A stretch of DNA of 64,000 nucleotides, taken from Arcobacteraceae bacterium (lineage in GTDB: Bacteria > Campylobacterota > Campylobacteria > Campylobacterales > Arcobacteraceae). A program made the translations under genes and the position numbers. Within the stretch, counting starts at the first letter, position 1, and every line of letters starts with the position of its first letter. Where the stretch lies: positions 2,304,001 through 2,368,000 of the forward strand of contig OY759974.1 of the NCBI GenBank assembly GCA_963662945.1. The letters run 5' to 3'. The notes under the pieces were generated by a model. The model made no database searches. It was not told where the DNA came from and saw only the letters and a program-made list of their open reading frames with translations. Positions 28,831 through 38,513 of this stretch are shown piece by piece.

Positions 28831-30030
28831 ATGGAAAAAAAAGGTATTTTGATAATTGGGGCAGGTGGTGTAAGTACAGTTGCTACAACCAAATGTGCTA
28901 TGAACATAGATACATTTGAACATATTACATTAGCAAGTAGAACAGTAAGTAAATGTGAAGATATTGCTGCAAGTGTAAAAGAGAAAACAGGTGTAACTAT
29001 AGATACTACTTCAATTGATGCAGACAGTGTTCCAGCCCTTATAGAGCTTATAGAAAAAATCAATCCAAAAGTTGTATTAAATGTGGCATTACCATATCAA
29101 GATTTAACTATCATGGATGCGTGTAGTGCAACAAATACACATTACATAGATACAGCAAACTATGAACATCCTGATGAAGCAAAATTTGAATACAAAGAGC
29201 AATGGGCTAGAGATGAAGATTTCAAATCAAAAAACCTTACAGCACTTTTAGGAAGTGGGTTTGACCCAGGTGTAACTGGAGTGTTTGTAAAATATATTGA
29301 GCAAAACTTTTTAGATACTATTGAGTTTATCGATATTATGGATTGTAATGCAGGGGATCATGGATATCCTTTTGCTACAAACTTTAACCCAGAAATTAAC
29401 CTTAGAGAAGTAAGTGCAAACGGAAGATATTGGGAAGATGGAAAGTGGGTTGAGACAAAACCTTTAGAGATAAGAGTTGATTGGGATTATCCAGAAGTTG
29501 GAGTAAAACCATCATATCTTTTATACCATGAAGAGTTAGAAAGCTTATCAAAAAATATCAAAGGTTTAAAAAGAATTAGATTTTTTATGACTTTTGGTGA
29601 TAGTTATATCCAACATATGAACTGTTTACAAAATGTTGGTATGTTGGGAATTGAACCTGTTGAACATAAAGGGATGATGATAACTCCAATAGAGTTCTTA
29701 AAAACACTTTTACCAGATCCAGCTAGCTTAGGACCAAGAACTCATGGGTTGACAAATATTGGATGTATTTGTGAAGGTTTAAAAGATGGTGTTAGAAAAA
29801 AATACTACATCTACAATATTTGTGACCACCAAGAGTGTTACAAAGAAACAGGAGCACAAGCTGTAAGTTATACTACAGGAGTTCCTGCAATGATTGGTAC
29901 TAAACTTGTTTATAATGGAACTTGGGATTTAAAAGGTGCTGTAAATGTTGAAGAGTTTGACGCAACTCCTTACATGGATGAACTAATGACTCAAGGGCTT
30001 CCTTGGAAAGTTATTGAACTAGATATCTAA
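28831..30030 (+). CDS. Carboxy(nor)spermidine dehydrogenase (saccharopine dehydrogenase family)
   Basis: IIGAGGV, NVALPYQDLTIMDAC, GSGFDPGVT, DCNAGDHGYPFATNFNPEINLRE, QAVSYTTGVPAMIG. Confidence 0.9.
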   Translation: MEKKGILIIGAGGVSTVATTKCAMNIDTFEHITLASRTVSKCEDIAASVKEKTGVTIDTTSIDADSVPALIELIEKINPKVVLNVALPYQDLTIMDACSATNTHYIDTANYEHPDEAKFEYKEQWARDEDFKSKNLTALLGSGFDPGVTGVFVKYIEQNFLDTIEFIDIMDCNAGDHGYPFATNFNPEINLREVSANGRYWEDGKWVETKPLEIRVDWDYPEVGVKPSYLLYHEELESLSKNIKGLKRIRFFMTFGDSYIQHMNCLQNVGMLGIEPVEHKGMMITPIEFLKTLLPDPASLGPRTHGLTNIGCICEGLKDGVRKKYYIYNICDHQECYKETGAQAVSYTTGVPAMIGTKLVYNGTWDLKGAVNVEEFDATPYMDELMTQGLPWKVIELDI

Positions 30031-30052
30031 GTTTTCATATTCTATTTATTAC

Positions 30053-30083
30053 AAAGCTCTATCATTTTGATAGAGCTTTTTTT
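30053..30083 (+). terminator. Rho-independent terminator
   Basis: AAAGCTCTATCA-TTT-TGATAGAGCTTT followed by a T run. Confidence 0.85.
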
Positions 30084-30154
30084 ATTTCCAAAACAATACC
30101 ACCAAATGGACACTTTTAAAATATAAACTTCTAAAAATCAATTAAGGAGCTTAT

Positions 30155-31495
30155 ATGAGTTACACAAAAAAAAGATATATCACTTATATCTTAATTAGTG
30201 CGTTTATTATGGTGGTGCCATTTATTACAATAGATGGAAATCATCTTTTACTTTTATCTTTTGAAAAGTTGCAGTTTCATTTTATGGGATTTGCATTTAA
30301 TGTGGATGAGTTGTTTATTATGCCATTTTTACTTATGTTTTTATTTATAGGTATATTTGCTATTACTGCAATGTTTGGTAGAGTTTGGTGTGGTTGGGCA
30401 TGTCCTCAAACAATATTTAGAGTTATCTATCGAGATTTAATCGAAGGCACACTACTTGATTTAACAGAGATAAAAAACAAACAAAAAATTGCAAATTATT
30501 CTTCTGTATCTAATCTTGTAAGAAAAGCTGTTGCTATATTGTTGTGGTGTGTTATATCTGTAGTTATCTCTACAAATTTTATCTTGTATTTTGTACCAAC
30601 AGAAGATTTTTTCTTATATATGCAAAATCCAAGTGAACATATATTTATGATTTTATTTATTTTAAGTGTTGCTGGTTTTTTAGTGTTTGATATACTTATA
30701 ATGAAAGAAAACTTTTGTGTATATGTATGTCCATATTCACGAGTTCAAACAATACTTTATGATGATGATACAAAACAAGTTATATATGACACAAACAGAG
30801 GTGGTGATATATATAATAGTGGAGAAAAAAGTATATTTAATGTAAAACAATGGTCATCAAATGAGGAGTGTACCACTTGTGAAGCATGTGTAAAAGTTTG
30901 TCCTACACATATAGATATTAGAAAAGGTTTACAAATTGAGTGTATAAATTGTTTAGAGTGTTCTGATGCATGTAGTACAGTTATGGGAAAACTTGGTAAA
31001 AAATCATTAATAAACTGGGGAAGTACAAATAGTGTATTAAACAAAGTTATAAACTCTATATTTACTAAAAGAAATAATATGTATTTTATCGCATTAATTT
31101 TAACAGTTATACTTGCTAGTGTATTTGCAAACAAACAAGAGCCAATATTAGCACATATAAATAAAACAACAACTCTGTATAGTATAAAACAAGATGCAAC
31201 AGTAACAAATAATTTTATTTTAACAATACATAACAATAAAAATAAAGCCTACACTTATGATATAAAATTAGATGATGAAAGGTTTTTTGTAAAAAGATTT
31301 GCAAATAAAGAGATAAAAGCAGGGAAAGAATCTAAATTTGTATTGATACTATCTTCTAAAGATAAATTATCTTTAGATAAAAAGAAAGATAGCATATTAA
31401 AATTAAATGCAACAATATACGCTAAAGAAGATAACTCAATAGCTATATCAAAAGAACTTTCATTTATATATCCTAGTGATGATAGTTTTAAATAG
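30155..31495 (+). CDS. ccoG: Cytochrome c oxidase accessory protein CcoG/FixG
   Basis: GRVWCGWACPQTIFR, FCVYVCPYSRVQ, CTTCEACVKVCPTHIDIRKGLQIECINCLECSDAC. Confidence 0.93.
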   Translation: MSYTKKRYITYILISAFIMVVPFITIDGNHLLLLSFEKLQFHFMGFAFNVDELFIMPFLLMFLFIGIFAITAMFGRVWCGWACPQTIFRVIYRDLIEGTLLDLTEIKNKQKIANYSSVSNLVRKAVAILLWCVISVVISTNFILYFVPTEDFFLYMQNPSEHIFMILFILSVAGFLVFDILIMKENFCVYVCPYSRVQTILYDDDTKQVIYDTNRGGDIYNSGEKSIFNVKQWSSNEECTTCEACVKVCPTHIDIRKGLQIECINCLECSDACSTVMGKLGKKSLINWGSTNSVLNKVINSIFTKRNNMYFIALILTVILASVFANKQEPILAHINKTTTLYSIKQDATVTNNFILTIHNNKNKAYTYDIKLDDERFFVKRFANKEIKAGKESKFVLILSSKDKLSLDKKKDSILKLNATIYAKEDNSIAISKELSFIYPSDDSFK

Positions 31496-32807
31496 TTTTT
31501 TCTAAGAGGAGGGTAAAGACAACCCCTTCCTCAATATTTTTTACTTTAATATCCCCACGAAAACTTTTCTCTAAAATTATTTTAGAGAGATATAGTCCAA
31601 TACCAGTACCATCACTTTTAGTTGAAAAATATGGTTCAAATATTTTATCTATAATTTGTTTCTCTATCTGTTTCCCATTATTTTTTATATCTATAATAAC
31701 TTCTGCTTCATTACTATGTACAATTATATCAATTTGTGGAGATTCAATGTCACTAAGAGCCTCAGAAGCATTTAGTAAAATAGACAAGATTACTTGAGAC
31801 AGTTCATTTTTTATCCCCTCTATCTTTACATTTTCATTAATTTTAAAGTCACAAGATAATTGAATATTTTTTCTTTTTAGTTCAGCACTTAAGACTGCAA
31901 TACTATTATTGATAGCTTCTTTTAATGTAAAAGTTTCAAATTTTTTTGATGGTGTATAAAACTCTTTAAAGTGATCTATTGTGGTTGACAAAAATTGTAA
32001 CTGTTCATCTATTTGATTTGTTTTTTTATTAAAATATGATTCCTCTAATTTATTATTTGAAAACTTTTTTCTTAGGTTCATAACTATATAAGAGATATTA
32101 TTTAGTGGTTGTCTAAATTGATGTGCAATATTCCCTATCATCTCTCCTGTTTTTGCGAGTTTTGATTGTTGTAATAACATATTTTCATAATCTGTTTTTT
32201 GTTGTTGTAGGTTAGTGTATTTATAAGATATGGATATTGTAAACAAAATAGCTTCTAAAGCAAATGCCACTAAAACGATATCTAACAATCCAGACTCTGT
32301 ATAGATATGTTTAAAATTAAATATAAAGAGTAGCAAACAAAATAGTGACCATCCTATTACATACACTAAAGTTGGTTTGTGTCCATCTTTAATATTAAAA
32401 ATAACAGATATAAATAAAATAGCATAAATTACAGTATAGGGAATATATTCAAAAAGTATATAGTGGTAAAATGAGGTAAGTATTACGATATTTAAAAGTA
32501 GGGTGTTTATGATAAGCTCTTTAGTGTTTTTAATAGTTGGTAGAAATTTACCTTTATAAAATGATAGGGCAAACACAATAGCACTAAATGTTGCAAGTAA
32601 TAAAAATATATCTTGTGCTATTTTATTGTCATAAAAGAGGTTACTATATAATATTATATATCCTAAAGAGAAAACTTGCATAAAACAGTAGCTAATATAG
32701 ATTAACTCTTTTGAGGCAATATATCTTATCAGAGTATAAACAATAGTCATAAAAACTATACCAAAAGTGATACCATAAAACAGTATCATGGTTATATCAT
32801 AATTCAA
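31488..32807 (-). CDS. 7TM (DISM-like) sensor histidine kinase
   Basis: About 7 TM segments, H-box IAHQFRQPL, GTGIGL; G1 box reads NNGKQI. Confidence 0.9.
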   Translation of the reverse strand: MNYDITMILFYGITFGIVFMTIVYTLIRYIASKELIYISYCFMQVFSLGYIILYSNLFYDNKIAQDIFLLLATFSAIVFALSFYKGKFLPTIKNTKELIINTLLLNIVILTSFYHYILFEYIPYTVIYAILFISVIFNIKDGHKPTLVYVIGWSLFCLLLFIFNFKHIYTESGLLDIVLVAFALEAILFTISISYKYTNLQQQKTDYENMLLQQSKLAKTGEMIGNIAHQFRQPLNNISYIVMNLRKKFSNNKLEESYFNKKTNQIDEQLQFLSTTIDHFKEFYTPSKKFETFTLKEAINNSIAVLSAELKRKNIQLSCDFKINENVKIEGIKNELSQVILSILLNASEALSDIESPQIDIIVHSNEAEVIIDIKNNGKQIEKQIIDKIFEPYFSTKSDGTGIGLYLSKIILEKSFRGDIKVKNIEEGVVFTLLLEKTI

Positions 32808-33462
32808 TTTTATATCCTGTACCAGAGAGATTAGAAATAGTATCTTTTGGGAGTTTTGATTTTAGATTTTTAATAACAGTTTTAAGTGCATCTTTTGTCA
32901 TAACAGAATCATACCAAATATAATTTTCTATCTCTTCATAAGTAACATATCTTGTCTTATTTTTAATAAGAAGTGAGAGTAAGTCTAACTCTTTCGTACG
33001 AAGTTTCACAATCTCATTATTAGTGATCAAAGTTTGATTATAAGTATCAAATAAAGTATTCTTGGAAAGATTAACTATATTTGTATTGTTGTTTTTAATG
33101 TTTTCTATACATAAGTTTATAGCTTCATCAAATTCTTTTTCTTCAATAGGTTTTACTAAATACTTGATGAGTTTAAGTTCGATTGCTTGAAATAAATATT
33201 CTTTATCACTATATGCCGTAGTGATAATAACTTGTGTTGTATCATCTTTTTCTCGTATTTTTTTTACAAACTCCAAACCATTTATTTTTGGCATATTTAT
33301 ATCTGTAATAATAATATCTGGTTTATGAATATTGTATAGACTCAAAGCATCAATAGCATTTGAAGCATCATAAATTGTATCAAAATAGTTTTCTAAATAT
33401 TCAATACCATTTTCACGAGCTATCTCATCATCTTCTACATAGAGTACAGTTATATTTTTCAC
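32797..33462 (-). CDS. OmpR-family response regulator
   Basis: REC plus winged helix (LRTKELDLL...NLKSKLP...GTGYKI); GTG start. Confidence 0.92.
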   Translation of the reverse strand: MKNITVLYVEDDEIARENGIEYLENYFDTIYDASNAIDALSLYNIHKPDIIITDINMPKINGLEFVKKIREKDDTTQVIITTAYSDKEYLFQAIELKLIKYLVKPIEEKEFDEAINLCIENIKNNNTNIVNLSKNTLFDTYNQTLITNNEIVKLRTKELDLLSLLIKNKTRYVTYEEIENYIWYDSVMTKDALKTVIKNLKSKLPKDTISNLSGTGYKIEL

Positions 33463-33590
33463 GAATTTATTTTCTCTTAATTATGTGCAATTTACCTAAA
33501 CATAGATAGTCTTTTATTGTATCTTTTTTCAAATTTATTTGGACTTATAATAGGTTGATACTATTATCTTAATCTATTTAAAATATCTAA

Positions 33591-33687
33591 AACTCCTATC
33601 CCAAATATTTCCTCGTTCCAGTTCTCTTGAGGTGGAATAAGAAATTTATTCATCTAGGCACTATTCACTTTGATAGAGCCTTTTTTT
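33591..33687 (+). ncRNA. Candidate small regulatory RNA (unassigned)
   Basis: Relatively GC-rich island in an AT-rich intergenic region: C/U-rich 5' end, an ATTTC..TTCCA / TGGAA..GAAAT hairpin, then a GGC..GCC hairpin with T7. No + strand gene ends upstream of this terminator. Confidence 0.4.
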
Positions 33688-33759
33688 ATTCCCACATTTG
33701 AGAGGTTAAGATATATGGTATAGTTTTTGAATATTAAAAAATAAACACAAAGGAATTCT

Positions 33760-34089
33760 ATGGTTTGTAAATTTCAAGAGATAAGTGATTTTTTTCAAAA
33801 GTATCCACAACTTATAGATGGCATTCAAGAACAAGAGTTGCAAGAGTTATTTGAAACATTCCCACATGCATGTAAATTTGTAAAATCACTTGATGAGGAT
33901 ATTGTTAATTGTGATAATTTGGAAGTAGTATCAGGGAAAACTTTAGAACTACTTGATAATGCGTATGAACACGAATATACAAAAGATGATATTACAAATT
34001 TTGCTGGTGCTATATGCAAAGTATTTGATATTGTTAAAGCACCAAAATATCATGTTCCATTTATTATAGTTATGTTGTCTAAACTCTGA
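33760..34089 (+). CDS. Hypothetical protein
   Basis: 109 aa, AAGGA RBS, no recognised motif. Confidence 0.7.
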   Translation: MVCKFQEISDFFQKYPQLIDGIQEQELQELFETFPHACKFVKSLDEDIVNCDNLEVVSGKTLELLDNAYEHEYTKDDITNFAGAICKVFDIVKAPKYHVPFIIVMLSKL

Positions 34090-34116
34090 TAGTAACTGTT
34101 GTTATGTAAACAATTA

Positions 34117-34962
34117 CTATCTTATCTCAAACTTCAACTCCTCTAGTCTAGCAATCCTATCTGCAGTTGTAGGATGTGTTCTAAATAAATCTCCAAAACT
34201 TATATTATGTCCACTAAATGGATTGACTATAAACATATGAGCACTCTCTTGTGTTGCGTTATGAAGTGTCCCTCTTTGTGCATATTGTTCAAGTTTTGAA
34301 AGAGCTGATTGTAAAAACTCAGGAGCACCAGTAAGTCTTGCTGCACCTTCATCTGCCATAAACTCTCTACTTCTACTTACACTCATTTGTACAATTGAGG
34401 CTGCTATTGGTAAAAGAATAGCTAAAAGTATCATCACAATTGGATGACCACCTCTTTGGTTGTTTCCACCAAAAAATGCATTAAATTGCATAATATTTGC
34501 TATCCAAGCAATAGCACCTGCAACAGTTGCTGCAATAGTTCCTATAAGTATGTCATAATGTTTAACATGTGATAATTCATGAGCGATAACCGCTTCTATC
34601 TCTTTTTCAGTAAGTATTTCTAACAAGCCACTTGTAACTGCAACGGCAGCATTCTTTGGGTTTCTCCCAGTTGCAAAAGCATTTGGAATATTATCTTGGA
34701 TGATATACACTTTTGGCATTGGAATATTTGCTTTATTTATAAGTCTAGCAACTATTTTGTAGATAAAGTGATTTGTTGAAAGTTCTTGTGCTTCATAGTG
34801 TGCTAAAACTTGTTTATCTGAATAATAATATGCATAAAAATTCATAGCACCTACAATAATGAGTGCTATCATAGCTCCATTATTTCCTGCAAAATAAAAT
34901 CCAACAGTTACAAATATAATTGAAAGCAATGATAATAAAAATATTGTTTTAATTTGTTCCAT
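34117..34962 (-). CDS. htpX: Zinc metalloprotease HtpX
   Basis: [43 protein letters not shown]. Start moved to ATG 34962 (GAGGA RBS). Confidence 0.95.
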   Translation of the reverse strand: MEQIKTIFLLSLLSIIFVTVGFYFAGNNGAMIALIIVGAMNFYAYYYSDKQVLAHYEAQELSTNHFIYKIVARLINKANIPMPKVYIIQDNIPNAFATGRNPKNAAVAVTSGLLEILTEKEIEAVIAHELSHVKHYDILIGTIAATVAGAIAWIANIMQFNAFFGGNNQRGGHPIVMILLAILLPIAASIVQMSVSRSREFMADEGAARLTGAPEFLQSALSKLEQYAQRGTLHNATQESAHMFIVNPFSGHNISFGDLFRTHPTTADRIARLEELKFEIR

Positions 34963-35012
34963 TATAATCCTCTTATTTATTTTATTTTTTATAATAAAAT
35001 AGTAGCCAAATA

Positions 35013-35039
35013 TTAGCACTTGAAATCTTATAGTGCTAA
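35013..35039. promoter_or_regulatory. CIRCE element (HrcA operator) upstream of htpX
   Basis: TTAGCACTt-N9-tAGTGCTAA, 8/9 match in each arm to TTAGCACTC-N9-GAGTGCTAA. Confidence 0.8.
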
Positions 35040-35131
35040 ATTAATTTATAACTTAAATATTTATTTTAATCTTGTAGTATGTAGTTAATATTTTATATAA
35101 TTTTAGTTACTATATTAAAAACTTTCTAGGG

Positions 35132-36286
35132 ATGAAAATGTTTGATACACTTACAGCATTATATGTTGAAGATGAAATTTTGGTTAGTGATATGGTGTTA
35201 GGATTACTTCAGAAATTTTTTAAAGAAGTAATGTTTGCACAAAATGGTCAAGAAGGATTGGATATATATTCTCAATATCAAGATAAAATTGACATTATCA
35301 TTACGGACATTAATATGCCTAAAATGGATGGTTTACAAATGTGTTCAAAAGTTAGAGAAATTGATCAAACAATCCCAATCATAATTACAACAGCGTATAA
35401 CGACAAGGATTTTTTACATCAAGCAATTGAATTAGGTGTATCAAAATTTGTAACAAAACCTATGGATATGTCCTTACTTCTTGATAGTATTAAAAAAAGT
35501 GTTGAACCTATACTTTTAAAACAAAATTTAGAAAAAGAAAGAGAATTGTACGAGGAAGAGAGAGTAAGAAATGCTAAGTTTGCCGCAACTGGAGAATTAG
35601 CAGCCGGTATAACACATGAAATAAACACACCACTTACATATATTAAAGCCAACTTTGAAATGTTAGGTTATGATATCGAAGATTTACCTGACTCTAAAGA
35701 AAAAGACAATATACAAAAATCATTAGAAAAAATTAATGATGGTTTACATAGAATAGAAAATATTGTAGGTTCAATGCGAGAGATGTCTCAACAATCTACA
35801 GTGAACAAAGAAAAAGTAAATATATATTCTACAATTATTACGGCAGCAACATTAGCATATAATAAAATAAAACATATTTCTCATGTGTATATAAACGGAA
35901 AAGAATTTAATTTAGATATGGATAAAAATGAATTTGAATTTATAGCAGAGGCACAATTACAAAGAATTGAACAAGTATGGATTATTATCATCAATAATGC
36001 GATGGATGAGTTAATGAAAATGGAAAAGTTTGATGATAGAAAACTAGACATTAGTATCAGCTCTGAAGATGAAAATATAGTTATTGTATTTAAGGATAAT
36101 GCAGGAGGGATTGATATAAATGTAATGCCCCATATTTTTGAACCATTTAAAGGAACGAAGAAATCATCAGGAATGGGGATAGGATTAAGTATAGCAAAAA
36201 AAATTATACAAGAGCAAGGGGATTGTAAAATAGAGGCATATAATGAAGATAATGGAGCAGTTTTTAAAATTACGTTAAAAAAATAA
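35132..36286 (+). CDS. Soluble hybrid response regulator-histidine kinase
   Basis: REC plus H-box ITHEINTPL, DNAGG and GMGIGL. Confidence 0.92.
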   Translation: MKMFDTLTALYVEDEILVSDMVLGLLQKFFKEVMFAQNGQEGLDIYSQYQDKIDIIITDINMPKMDGLQMCSKVREIDQTIPIIITTAYNDKDFLHQAIELGVSKFVTKPMDMSLLLDSIKKSVEPILLKQNLEKERELYEEERVRNAKFAATGELAAGITHEINTPLTYIKANFEMLGYDIEDLPDSKEKDNIQKSLEKINDGLHRIENIVGSMREMSQQSTVNKEKVNIYSTIITAATLAYNKIKHISHVYINGKEFNLDMDKNEFEFIAEAQLQRIEQVWIIIINNAMDELMKMEKFDDRKLDISISSEDENIVIVFKDNAGGIDINVMPHIFEPFKGTKKSSGMGIGLSIAKKIIQEQGDCKIEAYNEDNGAVFKITLKK

Positions 36287-36309
36287 TTTACTTAAAATAA
36301 AGGAACTAT

Positions 36310-36675
36310 ATGAAAAAAGTAATGATTATCGATGATGAATTAGATATTTTAGATGTTTTAGAAAGATTTTTATCAAGAAAAGGTAAATTGGAAGTAGAAA
36401 CTTATTCAAATGCAGAATCTGCTTTAAAAAAATTACGAGCAAAGCCCTATGATCTTATTTTATCTGATATTATGATGCCATTAGTAAGTGGCATAGATAT
36501 ACTTAAAGAAGTAAAAAGCTTTAAACCAAATAGTAAAATAATACTAATGACAGCATATAGTAGCCAAACAAAAATTGATATAAGTGAAAAATTTGGGATT
36601 GATGAATATATTAAAAAACCATTTGAGAATTTAAATGAAGTTGAAAAGAAAATATATTTTTTATTAGGTATATAA
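36310..36675 (+). CDS. Single-domain response regulator
   Basis: IIDDE, SDIMMP, MTAY, KKPF. Confidence 0.92.
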   Translation: MKKVMIIDDELDILDVLERFLSRKGKLEVETYSNAESALKKLRAKPYDLILSDIMMPLVSGIDILKEVKSFKPNSKIILMTAYSSQTKIDISEKFGIDEYIKKPFENLNEVEKKIYFLLGI

Positions 36676-36751
36676 TGGCGACCCCGATAAGATTCGAACT
36701 TATGTTTACTGGAGGAAATCCAGTCGTCCTTGGCCACTAGACGACAGGGTC
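36676..36751 (-). tRNA. tRNA-Glu (anticodon UUC) with encoded CCA and atypical anticodon loop
   Basis: GACCCTG TC GTCT AGTGGCCAA GGAC G ACTGG ATTTCCT CCAGT AAAC ATAAG TTCGAAT CTTAT CGGGGTC G CCA: a full 76-nt cloverleaf, with TATAAT just upstream. Confidence 0.88.
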
Positions 36752-36811
36752 ATTTGAAAAATGGCATTATAGTATAAGGGGAGTTTATGATAGCTTAAGG
36801 ATGTAATATCC

Positions 36812-37552
36812 TTAAGAGTTTATTTGTTCTTTAATATTTGAAGCTATTTGCGTTATTCTCTTTATCTTTTCATTATTGCTTAAACTAGTATCTATAAGAT
36901 GTTTTACAAAAGCACTACCAACAATAACTCCATCTACATTTTTAGCTTTTTCTTGTGCGTTTTTTTCATCAACACCAAAACCTAAGTAAATAGGTGTAGA
37001 TGTTGAAGTTCTAATGTTTTCAATGATCTCTGTTAAATCTTCATTTGCACCACTTCCAGTAATTCCAGCATAAGCAACCATATAAATAAATTTTTGACTA
37101 TTTTCTGTAATAGTTTTTATTCTCTCTAGACTATCTGTTGGTGCTACAAAACTAATAATAGTTTGATCATATTTTCCAAAAAGTTCTCTAAAAGGTTCAG
37201 CCTCTTCATGTGGTAAATCTGGAATAATAGAACCTTGTATTCCATATTCTTTTCCTTTTGCCAAAAACTTTTCTAAGCCATAATGAAAAAATGGATTCAT
37301 GTATCCCATCCATAAGGTATCCATTTTAGGTGCAACTTGACTTGTTATCTCAAATAAATCTTTTAATTTAAAACCATTTTGGAGTGCCAATAAACTTGCT
37401 TTTTCTATTACTGGACCATCTGCAACTGGATCTGAAAAAGGAATACCTAATTCTAAGGTATCAACACCAGCTTCTTGCATGCTTAAGGCTAAATCAACTG
37501 TAAAGTTATTACTAGGGAGAGATGCGGTTATAAATCCAACTAATTTTTTCAT
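36812..37552 (-). CDS. trpA: Tryptophan synthase alpha subunit
   Basis: LELGIPFSDPVADGPVIE, MGYMNP, IPDLP, GITG, GFGV, DGVIVGSA. Start moved to ATG 37552. Confidence 0.96.
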   Translation of the reverse strand: MKKLVGFITASLPSNNFTVDLALSMQEAGVDTLELGIPFSDPVADGPVIEKASLLALQNGFKLKDLFEITSQVAPKMDTLWMGYMNPFFHYGLEKFLAKGKEYGIQGSIIPDLPHEEAEPFRELFGKYDQTIISFVAPTDSLERIKTITENSQKFIYMVAYAGITGSGANEDLTEIIENIRTSTSTPIYLGFGVDEKNAQEKAKNVDGVIVGSAFVKHLIDTSLSNNEKIKRITQIASNIKEQINS

Positions 37553-37651
37553 TTTATTCCTAAAGTTATTAATCTTATGATAATTGTATATTGGATACAA
37601 TCATAACATAATATATATAACAAATTTATGATACTTAGAATAAGGGATAAG

Positions 37652-38440
37652 ATGAAAAAGCAATCTATTACATCTATACAAAAGTCAAAAGGTCTACAAA
37701 AGCTTACAATGATTACTGCTTACGATGCACTTTTCGCAAGATTATTTGATGGAGAAGTTGATTTCATATTGGTTGGTGATAGTTTAAATATGAGTTTTGC
37801 AGGAAAAAAAGATACATTAAGTGCTACTATGGATCAAATGATATATCATACACAAGCAGTATGTAATGGGGCAAAAAATAGTTTTATTATATGTGATATG
37901 CCATTTGGTACATATTCAGATATGGATAGTGCTTTTTTAAATGCAAAAAGAGTTTATCAAGAAACAAATGCTGATGCAGTTAAAATAGAAGGTGGAATTG
38001 AAAAAGCACATATCGTTAAACATCTTACAGATAACTCAATAGCTGTTGTTGGGCATATTGGGTTAATGCCACAAAACTTTAGAAGTGAAGGTGGATATAA
38101 AGTTAAAGGAAAAGATGAAGACAATATCAAAAGACTTATTAATGATGCACAGGCTATAGAACATGCTGGCGCATTTATGATTGTTCTTGAAGGCGTAAAA
38201 AGTGAAGCAGCAAAAGCCATTACAGAAGCTATTTCTATTCCAGTGATTGGTATAGGAGCTGGTGTTGACACAGATGGACAAGTGTTAGTTTGGTCTGATA
38301 TGTTTGGTTTTTTTGAAGAGTTTAAACCAAAATTTGTAAGACAATATTTAGATGGTGCAAGCTTGATTAAAAACTCTTTAAAAAAATATAAAACTGATGT
38401 TGTAAATAAAGATTTTCCTTCTATTTCTGAAGTATATTAA
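37652..38440 (+). CDS. panB: 3-methyl-2-oxobutanoate hydroxymethyltransferase
   Basis: ITAYD, ILVGDSL, DMPFG, VKIEGG, GHIGLMPQ, IGIGAG..DGQVLV. Start moved to ATG 37652. Confidence 0.96.
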   Translation: MKKQSITSIQKSKGLQKLTMITAYDALFARLFDGEVDFILVGDSLNMSFAGKKDTLSATMDQMIYHTQAVCNGAKNSFIICDMPFGTYSDMDSAFLNAKRVYQETNADAVKIEGGIEKAHIVKHLTDNSIAVVGHIGLMPQNFRSEGGYKVKGKDEDNIKRLINDAQAIEHAGAFMIVLEGVKSEAAKAITEAISIPVIGIGAGVDTDGQVLVWSDMFGFFEEFKPKFVRQYLDGASLIKNSLKKYKTDVVNKDFPSISEVY

Positions 38441-38513
38441 AATATTTAGCTAATTATTAGTTTTTAATAAAATATCGATATAATAAATTTTAAGTATATA
38501 AAAGGATGGTCTG

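Noticed and set aside
36447-36737. 96-aa minus-strand ORF
   Set aside because: Starts inside the tRNA and runs antisense to the response regulator.
36676-36811. tRNA as an island integration site
   Set aside because: No integrase and no duplicated tRNA 3' end seen in the window.
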